The position numbers and the translations under genes were made by a program. From a virus: a stretch of DNA of 64,000 nucleotides. Positions 37,051 through 48,220 of this stretch are shown here, in pieces (positions within the stretch are counted from its first letter, which is position 1; the number at the start of each line of letters is the position of its first letter). The stretch lies in IMG/VR virus record IMGVR_UViG_3300020411_003820, positions 20,284-84,283 of that record, one strand, 5' to 3'. The notes below the pieces were generated by a model that had not been told where the DNA came from, made no database searches, and saw nothing but the letters and a program-made list of their open reading frames with translations.

Positions 37051-38563
37051 AATTCTCCACTCTAAACTTAAACGTTTGATCTTGTTCGACCCAATCTAAT
37101 AGTGCTGAGTCATAGAATGCAAACCTTATTGCATATTCATATCCGGGTTGTAGTAACGACATATCAAGATCAAAATAGTTTCCAGATATATCGTGTGACA
37201 TGACAGTATGTAAATCACTGCCAGTGCCGTGTGGGATAGCATCGTAACCATCTATAACTCGATATACTCTATAAGAAGCACTTTCAATTGTTTTAGTTTC
37301 AATGTTTGTTGTTGCTTTTGTGTAAATTGTAGGCGACCAATCTTTTTCACGCGTATATAAATTAAATCTAGCAGTTTCTTTGTCGCGATATTTGTCTTTA
37401 AGATTTGTAATGTTTAAATAATAAGTTGGTCTAGTTGATATTCTTTCAGCTTCAAATGTTTTTGGTTTAAACGAGCCCGTAAAAAATCTCGTACTGCCAG
37501 TATACCATACGTCAAACATGTTGGTAATCTTGTTTCTGGCAGTGCCAGTAATTGCAAGGCTGCAGCTGTATATACCAGTTGAAACATGTCCTGCTGTAGC
37601 GTAGAGTTGTGAATCACCATACCCCGTACGATCATCAACAGTTAGGGTTAGCGCACTACCGGAAGGCTTAGTATTATCTATCGAGCCAGAATGAAGACGT
37701 ACTCTTAACAACCCTGTGCCTACATCTGGAATATTTTGTAATCTACCACGAACATAATTGTAAAAATATAAAGTATTCAAGTTTTGTTCGCCAGTGGCCA
37801 AAGAACTACTGTAATAAAAATTGCCTCTATCATCTTTTATTGAAGAATTCCATCTCGCTTCAATAACTGGACGTTTAAAAAAGTATTGGGTTCCGCGGGC
37901 AAAAAACCTTTTGGTGTAATATGATGTTGCAGCACCTGTTAAATTATATGAAGCACTAGCTTCTAGTGAGGATGATAGAGATATACCAAAACCATAGTTT
38001 GAATAGACATCGCCTAGCCATTCTTCCATCAAAATTGTGACATCAATTTCTAAATCTTCTAAACCACTTTCAAAAACTTGTTCATAATTTGAAGCAGTTA
38101 AATAATCACCACCTTCGTTTGCCCAATCAGAACCTTGTTGCCGTTGTACCCAATCTGAACCCGTGTTACCAACAGTATAATCTAAGTAATTGATCGTATC
38201 TAGTCCTGTACCTTCTTGCCATGATTGCGAAACGGGTCTAACTGAAAGCGTAAAATTGCTTGGCACTGTATTACTAGTTTCGGCATTATAGAGCTTTAAA
38301 TAAAAATTAACACTACCGCTAGCTGGGAGGACTCCGGAAGAGCGATCCGCAGCAATAGATGTAACCGGGAACTGTATTAATGCTCTTGAAAGCTCAACTT
38401 GTTTGTTTTGAGCGGATGAAGTATATGCTCTTTGAAAAATTGAATAAACTTCTAACACATCAGCTTTACCCATATTAGAACCAGTTGCTCTTGTACTCAA
38501 GTCGCTCAACCAGGCATTAGTGATTGTGTTATCAGCAATAGCTGTATATTTTTTTATGGCCAT
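37040..38563 (-). CDS. Virion protein with N-terminal DNRLRE-like domain
   Basis: ADNTI...NMG...L...SRALIQF...YLKLY...WQEGTG...W...GGD pattern; sits in the baseplate operon. Confidence 0.55.
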   Translation of the reverse strand: MAIKKYTAIADNTITNAWLSDLSTRATGSNMGKADVLEVYSIFQRAYTSSAQNKQVELSRALIQFPVTSIAADRSSGVLPASGSVNFYLKLYNAETSNTVPSNFTLSVRPVSQSWQEGTGLDTINYLDYTVGNTGSDWVQRQQGSDWANEGGDYLTASNYEQVFESGLEDLEIDVTILMEEWLGDVYSNYGFGISLSSSLEASASYNLTGAATSYYTKRFFARGTQYFFKRPVIEARWNSSIKDDRGNFYYSSSLATGEQNLNTLYFYNYVRGRLQNIPDVGTGLLRVRLHSGSIDNTKPSGSALTLTVDDRTGYGDSQLYATAGHVSTGIYSCSLAITGTARNKITNMFDVWYTGSTRFFTGSFKPKTFEAERISTRPTYYLNITNLKDKYRDKETARFNLYTREKDWSPTIYTKATTNIETKTIESASYRVYRVIDGYDAIPHGTGSDLHTVMSHDISGNYFDLDMSLLQPGYEYAIRFAFYDSALLDWVEQDQTFKFRVENYEY

Positions 38564-40359
38564 TATCTAACCTTTCCTACGATATCCACTTCTGGAAACT
38601 TAACCTCTACAATTGCATTTTTTGGAATGACAACATGATCACCATCAGGTGATGTATTTTCGTTAATATCTATTTCTGCTTGACTATAGCCAAGTCCATT
38701 TTTGGGTATCGCCTGTACATTTAAAACATCTAGAACGTCCGGAACATCTTTTAAAACTGAATAAATATCACTAATTGAAAATGGCTGTCCAATATAGTAG
38801 CAATTGGAATAATACGCTCTTAAAGATTGTATAGCTGCTTCAAGTGTTGCAAATTTATTTGTACCGGGTTTAGACTTAATTACAAAATTAATACCAAAAT
38901 TTAAAATAAAAGGATCAAGAATATCAATAGTGTCACTAATCATTCTATAATTGTTTAGCCAAGTTTTTAAGTTATTTTTTATTGTATCGTTAGTTTTTAT
39001 CAATTTTCCAAATTTGTCTTCTGATACAACATACATGTTAATGTTTCTTTTTTGGGAATCAGGGTCTCTTTGTGCTGAAACTCTTTTTATAGAACCAAAC
39101 TTTACGGGCATGCGATAACACAAACTTTCATAATCTGTTTGTGTCACAGCTCTATTTTGAGTTGGGAATGTATCGTAAATTCTTTGCTTAATTTCATCTG
39201 AGTCTGGGTAGGTTACATCCCCGACAATCGGTTTTTCATTAGTAACCTCTAAAGATGCATTAACAGTTGAAACTGTGGCATCTACCAGCTTGGTTCTGTC
39301 TTTATAATTAAACATAGCACGATTGACATTGTTTAATTGTCCAGTCGAAACATTTGAATTTAAAGGATCAGTTGTTCGATAGGTAATGTTTAGTGTTGTG
39401 TTTGATGGTGAAATTCCATAATTTGTGTTAGCTGACAATCTTGAAGGATCAAAGGTGGTGCTCGAAACGTAGTCCTTTCCAAATATATCAATAGCAACAG
39501 TTTGAGGCTCAGCTAAGACATTTGTACCAGCTTCATCGCCACTACCAAATTGTAAAGCTACTGAATCTCTATCGTATTCGACAACAAATTTTCTAGAAAC
39601 GAGCATCGGTTGTAATATTGATGGTACGTTATCATCTTGAAAATTTCTATTTGTAATCTCTTGAAAAATAATATCTTGGGCCAAATAATCTACTTCATAA
39701 AATTCGTTACCTTGAGAATCAGTTACAGATATGATTTCAGCAATGTTAGAACTTTGCAGTTCGACGCGTCTGAATCTTTCATAACTTCCAAGTTCTATTT
39801 GCTCCTGCTCAAAAACACCTGAGACTACATTGCCAAAAGCTCTTATAGCATAAAATGTCGGAGCACCAGTTGATGCGTCAGTTCTCGCAACCACAACTCT
39901 GTTGCTCGGATCTGCAAAGTCTACATTTTCTGTCAGAATAAAATTTACACCACCTGAGCTGGTAAATTTAGCCCCTCTTTTTAAAATTGGTATATAGTCA
40001 TTGTCCGGACCCAAAGTTACTGCCGAGGCAGGCACTAAAATGTATAGTGAAATTTGTCCATATGTGGAGGCACGTCCTTGTGACTTATAACCAAGAATGC
40101 GCCCATGTCTAATAATATTGTTATACTGATACGCAGTATCTAAAAATGATTCATTTACATTATAATCTAAATAAAAGGATAGCTGATCTCCAACATATGC
40201 AACTGCGTCTATCATCAAAGAACCAAACGACGCTTCCGTGAAATCTTGAAAATTGTCTGGATAATATCTTTCTGCAATTTCTAATAAATCGTCCCGAATT
40301 GATCTAAAGTCTCTACTTGTGTAGTCAATTGGCACTATTTTTTTCTGATCGTCTGGCAT
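38563..40359 (-). CDS. Baseplate wedge protein (T4 gp6 / baseplate J-like)
   Basis: DYTSRDFRSIR, AYVGDQLSFYLD, ESFLDTA, LGYK, QNRAVTQTDYE. Confidence 0.88.
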   Translation of the reverse strand: MPDDQKKIVPIDYTSRDFRSIRDDLLEIAERYYPDNFQDFTEASFGSLMIDAVAYVGDQLSFYLDYNVNESFLDTAYQYNNIIRHGRILGYKSQGRASTYGQISLYILVPASAVTLGPDNDYIPILKRGAKFTSSGGVNFILTENVDFADPSNRVVVARTDASTGAPTFYAIRAFGNVVSGVFEQEQIELGSYERFRRVELQSSNIAEIISVTDSQGNEFYEVDYLAQDIIFQEITNRNFQDDNVPSILQPMLVSRKFVVEYDRDSVALQFGSGDEAGTNVLAEPQTVAIDIFGKDYVSSTTFDPSRLSANTNYGISPSNTTLNITYRTTDPLNSNVSTGQLNNVNRAMFNYKDRTKLVDATVSTVNASLEVTNEKPIVGDVTYPDSDEIKQRIYDTFPTQNRAVTQTDYESLCYRMPVKFGSIKRVSAQRDPDSQKRNINMYVVSEDKFGKLIKTNDTIKNNLKTWLNNYRMISDTIDILDPFILNFGINFVIKSKPGTNKFATLEAAIQSLRAYYSNCYYIGQPFSISDIYSVLKDVPDVLDVLNVQAIPKNGLGYSQAEIDINENTSPDGDHVVIPKNAIVEVKFPEVDIVGKVR

Positions 40360-40382
40360 CTAAAAAGTATCCCTTTTGTTAA

Positions 40383-40751
40383 TTAAATAGTAAATTCTAG
40401 TAAATCTGATTCCGCAATTGCAGGTATAACGTATGTGATTCTTAAGGCTAGCAAGTTTTCATCTATACCGGTTTGTCCAAAATTAATTTCTTGTATTGAT
40501 ACAGATGGCAGATAGGCAGCAGTTTGAGCACGAATTCTAGTATCAATTTGTTGAAATGTTCCGTGTCCAAAATTTTCAAACAGAAACGTTTTGATACCTA
40601 CACCAAACTCTGGATCCATTACCCTTTCGCCGGGATTGGTCAAGATTAACATTTTAAAATTTTGTCTAATTACATCTTTGGCTTTTTTTAACATTCTAAA
40701 GCCATCAGTATTATCTTTGACAAGTGGGAGCGCTACACCGAAGGAAGACAT
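40383..40751 (-). CDS. Baseplate wedge gp25-like (GPW/gp25) protein
   Basis: IRQNFKMLILTNPGERVMDPEFGVGI. Confidence 0.9.
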   Translation of the reverse strand: MSSFGVALPLVKDNTDGFRMLKKAKDVIRQNFKMLILTNPGERVMDPEFGVGIKTFLFENFGHGTFQQIDTRIRAQTAAYLPSVSIQEINFGQTGIDENLLALRITYVIPAIAESDLLEFTI

Positions 40752-40783
40752 TTTTTTTACCTCTTAATAAATACTCAATAATA

Positions 40784-43700
40784 TCATTTTTTGCACATGT
40801 TTCCATTCTTATCAAACGGATTTGAGCGCAGGCGACGTTTTTTAAACCACGGAAAGTGTCTTTCTCCCGGTGATGACCTAAATGCTTCTGCTAGTGCAGA
40901 TGCTGCACTGGCTCCCACATCATCATCCAAACTATTGGTAAACTCTCTTTGATTATAATAATTTTTAAATAATTTTTTTAATCTTGGTTTTGTTTTAGAA
41001 AGTACGCGGCGATCCCATTTGTCAAAATGATAACCAAAAAATCCGTTGCCTCTAAAAATACCGGGCCATCGAGTTTCAGCGGGTGCCCAAGCACCATCGT
41101 CGCCACCGCCGGCTACTAGTTTAAATGTATCTCCGTCTTCCTCAGCATAAACACCCGGCTTATCGGCAAGGGTGTCGGTTTTAAGATCTTCTACAGTTGA
41201 TTCACCAATTGATGGCAAAAATCCCATATCGTTATAAATCGCTAGAGTAGAAAGAATTTTCTTAACTGGAAAGATATAAGACATAATCATTTTAAAACGC
41301 TCATCATCTACAAGATTGTTAACTAAGCAAAACAACAACTTGCTATCCGGTTCTAAAGGAGCAAATTGTCCAATCGGTAAATCTAAAGCATCTATTTCGG
41401 TTTCAATAACCTTATAATTGGTACCGCTAACAGTTACTGAAAATCTTAAGCCGTACCTTACGCCCAATTCGCCAGAAAGCCCGATTGGTGTATCGGTGGT
41501 TGGATCTCTAACGACCGTCATAGTTCCCGGATAAACATCGGAAATGTTTAAGGATAAATCGTTAGAGGTTACTGTATCAACTCCTTGGCTTGGTGTTTTA
41601 TATTGTCCGTTTACTTTTATGTAAGTTTCTAGTACGAAGGGTGCTGCAGATGTCCCTTTTGCGCCAGTGCCAATTGGTCCAATATTGCCTATTGGGACTA
41701 TTATTTTGTTAGAAAAAGGAAACAACAAAGCACCTGCGTCTTCACCGTATTCCTCGCCTTCCATATATATTGGTTGTCCAGTTTCTTCATCTATTTGTAC
41801 GTGATAGTACCCAATATAAGGCTCACCAGTTTCTTCATTTGCCAGTTCACCACCACTAGTGTAAAGTTGTTCTCCCTCTAAAGGCAAGCCAGAAACTTGC
41901 TCTTCTATTCGTTTCTGTAAATCTAAAGAATTGTTTACTGATAAATTCTGTAATACATAATAACCTAGATTAGTGATCATGTTGGATGGCTTAACCATAT
42001 TAATTTCTTCTAAGTTTTTCAAAAAGATGTTGGCCATGTGCTCCATCTCATCAATAACAAATTCTTTCAAAATTAATTTTGCTAAATCTTCAGATTCTTT
42101 AATAGCTTCTAAATTTCTTTCATAACGATAGCCTTTGAGTCTTTTAAATTTGCCAACTTCTTTTGCTTTCTTGGCTTGCTTTAAACGTGGACGATATGGA
42201 TATCTGTAATTTTTCTCAAATTTTTCTAATTCACGTAAAACAGCAAGAACAGAAGGACTCGGCTCTACTTCACCATCAGCAACTTTTCTAGCATAACACT
42301 GAACTGACTGTTCCAAAAATGCATACCAAAATTCGTCATCTTTGAACGGATTAAAAGCTTCTGCGAGGGCGCTTGGTTGCGCGTCTTTCAATTCTTCTTC
42401 CATAACCTCAACTATGTAAGCAGCGTAAATAGAACTAAAATTGTTTCTAAGGTCTGGATAAAATTTAGTGAATGTAGCTAATGATTTAAGAAAGTGTTGA
42501 CTTGCAAAAATGCGACATGTTGCGTGAATTAATCCTTCAATACCAGCCTTTGAATTACGCTCAAGAATTCTATTGTATGGTTTTTCTGTAACACAATCTG
42601 GATCAGATTTTAACCTTTTGTCTTCTGGAATCTTGCTGTACACCTCGTTGATCAACTGTTTAATTTCGCCAAAGTCCACCAAATCTGTTCTATTTGGCTT
42701 ACATGGGCTCATTTCCGGAAACATTGCTTCGACAATCCCTAGCCATCCATTTTTATCAGCTGGCTTAAGGTACACTGGTGGGTTTAGGTTATTTCCACCA
42801 TATGACGTAGGATCTAGATAAAATACTCGGTTAGCGGGCGAGCTATCGCATTTTGAAGGGTATTCTTCACAATATTGCATATAACTCATACCAAACGGTG
42901 CTTCGGCTCTAGGGTTATCAAGATTTTTTGCATAATCTTGCATTTCAATAAAGTTTCCACCGGCACCAACAACGCCATATCTTATCTGTTTCTCTGTAAT
43001 GTCATCTATTGCAGCTCCATAATTGAAAGCTTTTTCATTTTCATATATTTCTTTACCAAATTGTTGGGTTATCGAATTAGTGAAATTTTTATGCATAGTT
43101 TTTAATCCAGAAATTGGTGGCGCTGAGCCGCCATTAGCAGATTTTATAATGTCCTTAAATAATATAAACTGTGGTGGCGTATTAGAAATTGGGGATTGAA
43201 TAGCTTGTATGAATTCTTCATAAGTGTTATCTGCTTGAAAAAGATTCGAATTCATATCAAGCCCATCATCCGTAGACAAAAACTCGTATGCGCCCCACTC
43301 CATTATCTTTTCTCCTGTACTGTCTTTAGCCGGATCTTCCACTTCATCTTTCAGTTCATCATCGCCGGGCCCTTTATATTCTGTGTTAAGTCTGTTTATG
43401 ATAACAACTCTGGCGTTATCATCAGCTCTGTTGTAAAACGCGCCATCTTGCCCTTTGATAATATCAGATGTGTACAACTCAATATTGAAACCATACATAA
43501 ACCCATCTTTTCTGCCTTGGGCTCGATCTTTAAACTTTAAAGTTAAATCAGGACTTTTCTTACGTGCGTGTTGTGTAAACTTAATTTTCTTGTCATCATA
43601 TTTTGGAGTAACTGTTACATTGTAGCCGTAATTTGGTAACTCAGTTAAATCAACATCATCAAAAAGTCCACCAATATTTAAATCTTTGAATGTTTTGGTA

Positions 43701-46700
43701 AACGATTTGTCATCTTGTGCTTTATTTTTTAATTCAAAAGACGCGCCGTCAAAAGCAGATTTCATTTTTTTCTGCAGGTGTCCTGCAACTTTAGTCGGGA
43801 ACGCTCCACGTTGACGTTTTATCTTGGCAAAATTACCATCGTCGTCGAAACCGCCGCCTTTTGAATCAATATAAAAGTCTACATATTTTCTTTTCGATAA
43901 CCATCCACCGGAATTAGCAGACTTTCTTATATGTGTTGTATAAGGATTACCCATTGTGTCTGCTAAAATCATGTTCATGAATCCCCAATTATTTTTGCCG
44001 GGACCATTACCAAGCATGTCTTGGGCATATGCTATTTTTAAAACATCTAAACTGCCGCCAAGAGCTGTGCTAGCAGCACCAGCAATTTCATCCGGCTCAT
44101 ATGGTATTAAGCCATCATTACAGGTTGGGTCCGATGACATAAGTGGTGGCATATTGTCTTCAAAATATGCTGGAATACCACCTTGCATAATATCTGCAAC
44201 TGATTCAAGATCATCCTCAAAAGAACCTCTGGCAGCATCACAAAGTTGTTGAATTTGTTGAGGCTCAGCCCGACCTTCAAGAATTTGAGCCCTAACCGCA
44301 CAGAAATTATCTAAATCTTCTTGAGTTGCACACAATGTTGGATTAGCCGGTAATTCAATATCATCTGGTAGTTGAGCTAACACATCTCTGGCTGCTGCTC
44401 TTGCTTCAATTGGCATTAAATTACCGATATTTGTAAAAAATTGTGCTGTTTGTTCACCATTTGGAAACATTGTTGCGAACTGCGGGTGTTCAAGACTAGT
44501 GAGTTCTTGAACAGCACCCAAAAATGTTGATGAAGGTTCTCCCAATATGGCACTCATTAATTCATTTTGAGTTGTGGTAGCTGACAAATCTTCAACAAAA
44601 TTCATTAAACTTTGTCGATCGCCGGCAGCTTCGGCACCACCTTGTCCAATTTGCTTAAATAAGTCTTCAATTGTATCTTCAACCTTTTCTTGGTCGGCGC
44701 CCGGGCCACAGAGCGTATCTCGAATAGCATCAGCAAACGTTGTCCTACCGCCAGTTAATGCTGCTGCGGCTAATGAACCCAGCATTTCAAGCGCTTTACA
44801 AATAGCATCAGATATTTTTTCACATATCCAAACAAAAAGCCGACAAATTAAACGCCACACTAGGTCATATAACATTTGTACAGCTAACCACCACAGAACT
44901 CTCATTATGTCCCAAATTTTTGGAAGCCATGCAAATGGGTTGTCCATTCTCGGAAGTCCGATATGTTGAACATTTCTGCAGAACGGTAACTCTAAATCTT
45001 TCAAGAAATCCATTATGCTTGGATCAAATAGCGGCGGACGTACACAATCAAATGTAGCAATTACTTTAGCAATAATTTCTGCACCCGGAAATTTGTTGAG
45101 TTCATCTAAAAGGCTCATTAAATCTTCAGAATACACTTCAATTAATGCTATCATATAAGCTTCCATAATCACATTCGGACTTAAACCTTGTCCTGCGTCT
45201 GATAATTGAGCACTATACGTAGCTTTTGAAAGTTGGGAGTTTGGATCACCACCACCAGGTACGCCAGTGGGCACCATACCTTCGAGTGGACCTTCAACCA
45301 TCATCGAAGATTTTTGTTCTGCAACAACTGCAGCATCATTCCATGGTTTTTTAAACTTCACTTTTCCAAAAAACGGCGGTGAAGATGGACCAACACCACT
45401 TTCAATTGCGGTCGATGCTCGATCAAGGTTGCGTCCAGCGCCCGAAATGTCTCCACTGGCTAATTTTTGCTGAACCAAAGCGTCCAACTCAGCTTGTTTA
45501 TCGGGCGGCAATCCAACAAAAAGAGAACCAAAATTTTCAATTGACATTGCTTTTAGTGCTGAACGTATGATAGTAGCTAACATTTGTTCAAAGGTAACAC
45601 CGCCCATTAAACATTTTAATAAATCAGCCATCATGTCAAACAAGCCACAAAGACGTAAAGGATCTAATGTGTGCAGCCATAAAAGATCAAATCTATTTTG
45701 TGTTCCCGGACCACCACACATTGCCATAAGACGATGACATATACCAGTCATAATTACGTTATTTTCTTCAAGCTCATCGTATGCTTGGGCTTGCATTTTA
45801 GCTCTGACATTCTTTCTTCTTTTCTTATTATTAGCTTCTTTCTTATCTTGTTCTTCCGGTGAGTCATTTTTGCCCATGACATACTCAGATAATAAAATTT
45901 CAGTATATTCAGGCTCACAAATCATTTTGTGAAATTGAGCAGCAACAGCATCTCCAATGCCAAATACCTCATCCATCATGTCTTGACCAAGTTGCTTCAA
46001 ATCATTTTGTAATGCCTCACCGACACAACTCATAGCCTCTTGCATAGGTCCTAATTCTTGAGGTGGGCTTGTCTGTGTATCATAAATTTCAGGATACGTG
46101 TATTTTACTAAAAACTCAACCCATGGTTTAGGTCGTCGCGCTGTTAAATCTGTTTCCATTTTGTCAATTCGTGCAAAATAGGCCATGGCAGTAGGGTCTT
46201 TGAAAGATTGTTTATTATTTAACACCTTAAGTTTTCTTTTGCCAATTTGATATGGTTTTTCTTTGCAACTTTCTGCCCAAACTCTTATTTTTTGAATCTT
46301 AAATTCAGGGCTAAAAGTACATTCAAATTTATGAACTGCGTCCCTGCTAGGGAAGAAGGGGCTACGGCGGCCAAGAGTAAACCCATGTTGTCTAAAAAAA
46401 TCATTTAATTCAGGCATAATACGGGACATGATTGAAGTGCCAAACAATGCAAAATCGCCATATTGCTCTAAATTAAAAACCCCACCTTTTGTAAAAAGTA
46501 GATTTTTACCTTCAAGAGCGCGGTAAACCTTTAAATTACGATTATAAACATGAAGCCCCTTCCTAACACGTATTAAATTTCTTTGCAGCATATTTGGTAT
46601 ATACGTGACAACAATGTCCTCTCCCGGGGCATCTTCTTCTTCCTCTTCTTCGTCTTCAGCATCATCTAAATTATTTAAAACAGTAAAAGGAAACGAATAT

Positions 46701-47119
46701 AATAATTTTAAATGAGATGAAGGTAATGCTGCCAAATCATACTGAGAATATTCAATTTCTTGCATTAATTCCGCTATGACATCTGTGTTGCTTTCTTTAT
46801 TGTAATAGTTTAGTATTTCTACAATTGCTTCTTCTGCAAACTCATCAAACCGACTATTCATAATTTCTTCGGCTTCTTCAAAAGAATCAGCTAATTCTCC
46901 ACCAGTAGTGGTATATGGAGTAGTGTATGTGATTTGAAACTTGCACTGTCTTTGATTTAAAAATGGACTATAAACATCTCTTTTTTTCCAATCTGGAACA
47001 ATTGCTGATGGTTTGGGAGAACACTCCAAACATTTTGGCTCATTTCTTGGGAGTGCAGTTTCGCATATATCTATGAAACCATCTCCGTTTTTATCTTGTA
47101 GTTTTAAAATTTCAGACAT
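40784..47119 (-). CDS. Very large (2111 aa) virion-associated protein
   Basis: Long ORF with GAGG RBS between spike-like and wedge genes. N-terminal EF-hand-like loop; helical and Cys-sprinkled. Confidence 0.55.
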   Translation of the reverse strand: MSEILKLQDKNGDGFIDICETALPRNEPKCLECSPKPSAIVPDWKKRDVYSPFLNQRQCKFQITYTTPYTTTGGELADSFEEAEEIMNSRFDEFAEEAIVEILNYYNKESNTDVIAELMQEIEYSQYDLAALPSSHLKLLYSFPFTVLNNLDDAEDEEEEEEDAPGEDIVVTYIPNMLQRNLIRVRKGLHVYNRNLKVYRALEGKNLLFTKGGVFNLEQYGDFALFGTSIMSRIMPELNDFFRQHGFTLGRRSPFFPSRDAVHKFECTFSPEFKIQKIRVWAESCKEKPYQIGKRKLKVLNNKQSFKDPTAMAYFARIDKMETDLTARRPKPWVEFLVKYTYPEIYDTQTSPPQELGPMQEAMSCVGEALQNDLKQLGQDMMDEVFGIGDAVAAQFHKMICEPEYTEILLSEYVMGKNDSPEEQDKKEANNKKRRKNVRAKMQAQAYDELEENNVIMTGICHRLMAMCGGPGTQNRFDLLWLHTLDPLRLCGLFDMMADLLKCLMGGVTFEQMLATIIRSALKAMSIENFGSLFVGLPPDKQAELDALVQQKLASGDISGAGRNLDRASTAIESGVGPSSPPFFGKVKFKKPWNDAAVVAEQKSSMMVEGPLEGMVPTGVPGGGDPNSQLSKATYSAQLSDAGQGLSPNVIMEAYMIALIEVYSEDLMSLLDELNKFPGAEIIAKVIATFDCVRPPLFDPSIMDFLKDLELPFCRNVQHIGLPRMDNPFAWLPKIWDIMRVLWWLAVQMLYDLVWRLICRLFVWICEKISDAICKALEMLGSLAAAALTGGRTTFADAIRDTLCGPGADQEKVEDTIEDLFKQIGQGGAEAAGDRQSLMNFVEDLSATTTQNELMSAILGEPSSTFLGAVQELTSLEHPQFATMFPNGEQTAQFFTNIGNLMPIEARAAARDVLAQLPDDIELPANPTLCATQEDLDNFCAVRAQILEGRAEPQQIQQLCDAARGSFEDDLESVADIMQGGIPAYFEDNMPPLMSSDPTCNDGLIPYEPDEIAGAASTALGGSLDVLKIAYAQDMLGNGPGKNNWGFMNMILADTMGNPYTTHIRKSANSGGWLSKRKYVDFYIDSKGGGFDDDGNFAKIKRQRGAFPTKVAGHLQKKMKSAFDGASFELKNKAQDDKSFTKTFKDLNIGGLFDDVDLTELPNYGYNVTVTPKYDDKKIKFTQHARKKSPDLTLKFKDRAQGRKDGFMYGFNIELYTSDIIKGQDGAFYNRADDNARVVIINRLNTEYKGPGDDELKDEVEDPAKDSTGEKIMEWGAYEFLSTDDGLDMNSNLFQADNTYEEFIQAIQSPISNTPPQFILFKDIIKSANGGSAPPISGLKTMHKNFTNSITQQFGKEIYENEKAFNYGAAIDDITEKQIRYGVVGAGGNFIEMQDYAKNLDNPRAEAPFGMSYMQYCEEYPSKCDSSPANRVFYLDPTSYGGNNLNPPVYLKPADKNGWLGIVEAMFPEMSPCKPNRTDLVDFGEIKQLINEVYSKIPEDKRLKSDPDCVTEKPYNRILERNSKAGIEGLIHATCRIFASQHFLKSLATFTKFYPDLRNNFSSIYAAYIVEVMEEELKDAQPSALAEAFNPFKDDEFWYAFLEQSVQCYARKVADGEVEPSPSVLAVLRELEKFEKNYRYPYRPRLKQAKKAKEVGKFKRLKGYRYERNLEAIKESEDLAKLILKEFVIDEMEHMANIFLKNLEEINMVKPSNMITNLGYYVLQNLSVNNSLDLQKRIEEQVSGLPLEGEQLYTSGGELANEETGEPYIGYYHVQIDEETGQPIYMEGEEYGEDAGALLFPFSNKIIVPIGNIGPIGTGAKGTSAAPFVLETYIKVNGQYKTPSQGVDTVTSNDLSLNISDVYPGTMTVVRDPTTDTPIGLSGELGVRYGLRFSVTVSGTNYKVIETEIDALDLPIGQFAPLEPDSKLLFCLVNNLVDDERFKMIMSYIFPVKKILSTLAIYNDMGFLPSIGESTVEDLKTDTLADKPGVYAEEDGDTFKLVAGGGDDGAWAPAETRWPGIFRGNGFFGYHFDKWDRRVLSKTKPRLKKLFKNYYNQREFTNSLDDDVGASAASALAEAFRSSPGERHFPWFKKRRLRSNPFDKNGNMCKK

Positions 47120-47130
47120 TATAATACCTT

Positions 47131-48192
47131 TTAATATGTTGCTCTGACAGAGCGGCTACCAATAAACTTATATGAAAATTGCTGTAGATAATCCATGCGC
47201 CATGCAAGCTTGGTAGCTCTAGCTTGGTGCATCGGAGCTGCAACGCGTGAAACCGAAAGACCTGCCTGCGCTGTCATTACTGCCGCGGCTGATCCGCACG
47301 GGGCGCCGATGCCTGGGAATACTGCTAATGCGGCAAAAGCTAACGCGGCGGATTGATTACTAAACATACAAATCATGCTAAGACTTTGAATACTTGACAT
47401 AATATCATCCAGAATACCATCAAGCTCCATCATACAGTCACGCATATTGTATGCTACAGTTACAGGCTGTAACCTTTGTATTGTTTCTGGCAATAAGTCG
47501 GGCCCTCTCACAGTATAGGGTGATGAATTGTTTCCTGCAATCAGATCAATACCGGGTGCAGACGGTAGCTTTCCGCCTTTAGAATTTGTTTCGCCTTTTA
47601 ATCCCGCTTTAACATTTCTCATTTGACCAGTAACAATTTTTATTCCCTCACGACCAATAATTCTTGTATGGTCTGACTTGATTGCAACAGTGGATTTGCC
47701 GATAGCGTTTCCAACAAGCCCATCGACTAAACCAAAGTTTTTGTCAACATCAGTTGTTTCGCAAATATAAATTCTTGCTGCATCATGTGGTATTGAATTG
47801 TCGACAAGTGTTCCGGGATCTAAACCTTTTCCGCCTCTAGCAGAAGCCATACGACCCACAACAAACTCAACACGGGATGCATCAATACTCTTTTTAGTTG
47901 TACCAATATAGCCATCACCACCATAGCCAGATGCTTCGGTGTCCGGACGATCTTTGCCTAAAACGACATAGCCGCAACCGGGTCCAGTTATAACTCTTTC
48001 GTTAAGAGCATTTTTATATTGCACCCTACATGGTCCCGCGGGCATCGTATTCATAATGCCGCCCATAGCTTTAGTAAATAGAATAGATACTGAGCCGTCA
48101 GGGTTGGTAAAAAAGTCTGCGCGTGGGGAAATATCGCTGGGATTCCATACTGGGGAACCTTTTGGGTTTACTTTTCTTTTCTTACTAAACAT
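47131..48192 (-). CDS. Putative baseplate spike/hub-associated protein
   Basis: VVLGKDRP...DAARIYICETTDVDKNF...IKSDHTRIIGREGIKIVTG, reminiscent of gp5-like beta-rich spike proteins. Hydrophobic C-terminal helix. Confidence 0.45.
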   Translation of the reverse strand: MFSKKRKVNPKGSPVWNPSDISPRADFFTNPDGSVSILFTKAMGGIMNTMPAGPCRVQYKNALNERVITGPGCGYVVLGKDRPDTEASGYGGDGYIGTTKKSIDASRVEFVVGRMASARGGKGLDPGTLVDNSIPHDAARIYICETTDVDKNFGLVDGLVGNAIGKSTVAIKSDHTRIIGREGIKIVTGQMRNVKAGLKGETNSKGGKLPSAPGIDLIAGNNSSPYTVRGPDLLPETIQRLQPVTVAYNMRDCMMELDGILDDIMSSIQSLSMICMFSNQSAALAFAALAVFPGIGAPCGSAAAVMTAQAGLSVSRVAAPMHQARATKLAWRMDYLQQFSYKFIGSRSVRATY

Positions 48193-48220
48193 AAATCCTT
48201 CTAATAATCATAAACTTTAT

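Noticed and set aside
40784-47119. Tape-measure protein call for the 2111-aa ORF
   Set aside because: It lacks the regular Ala/Gly-rich periodic repeats and is Cys/Pro/aromatic-rich, so the call is not supportable.
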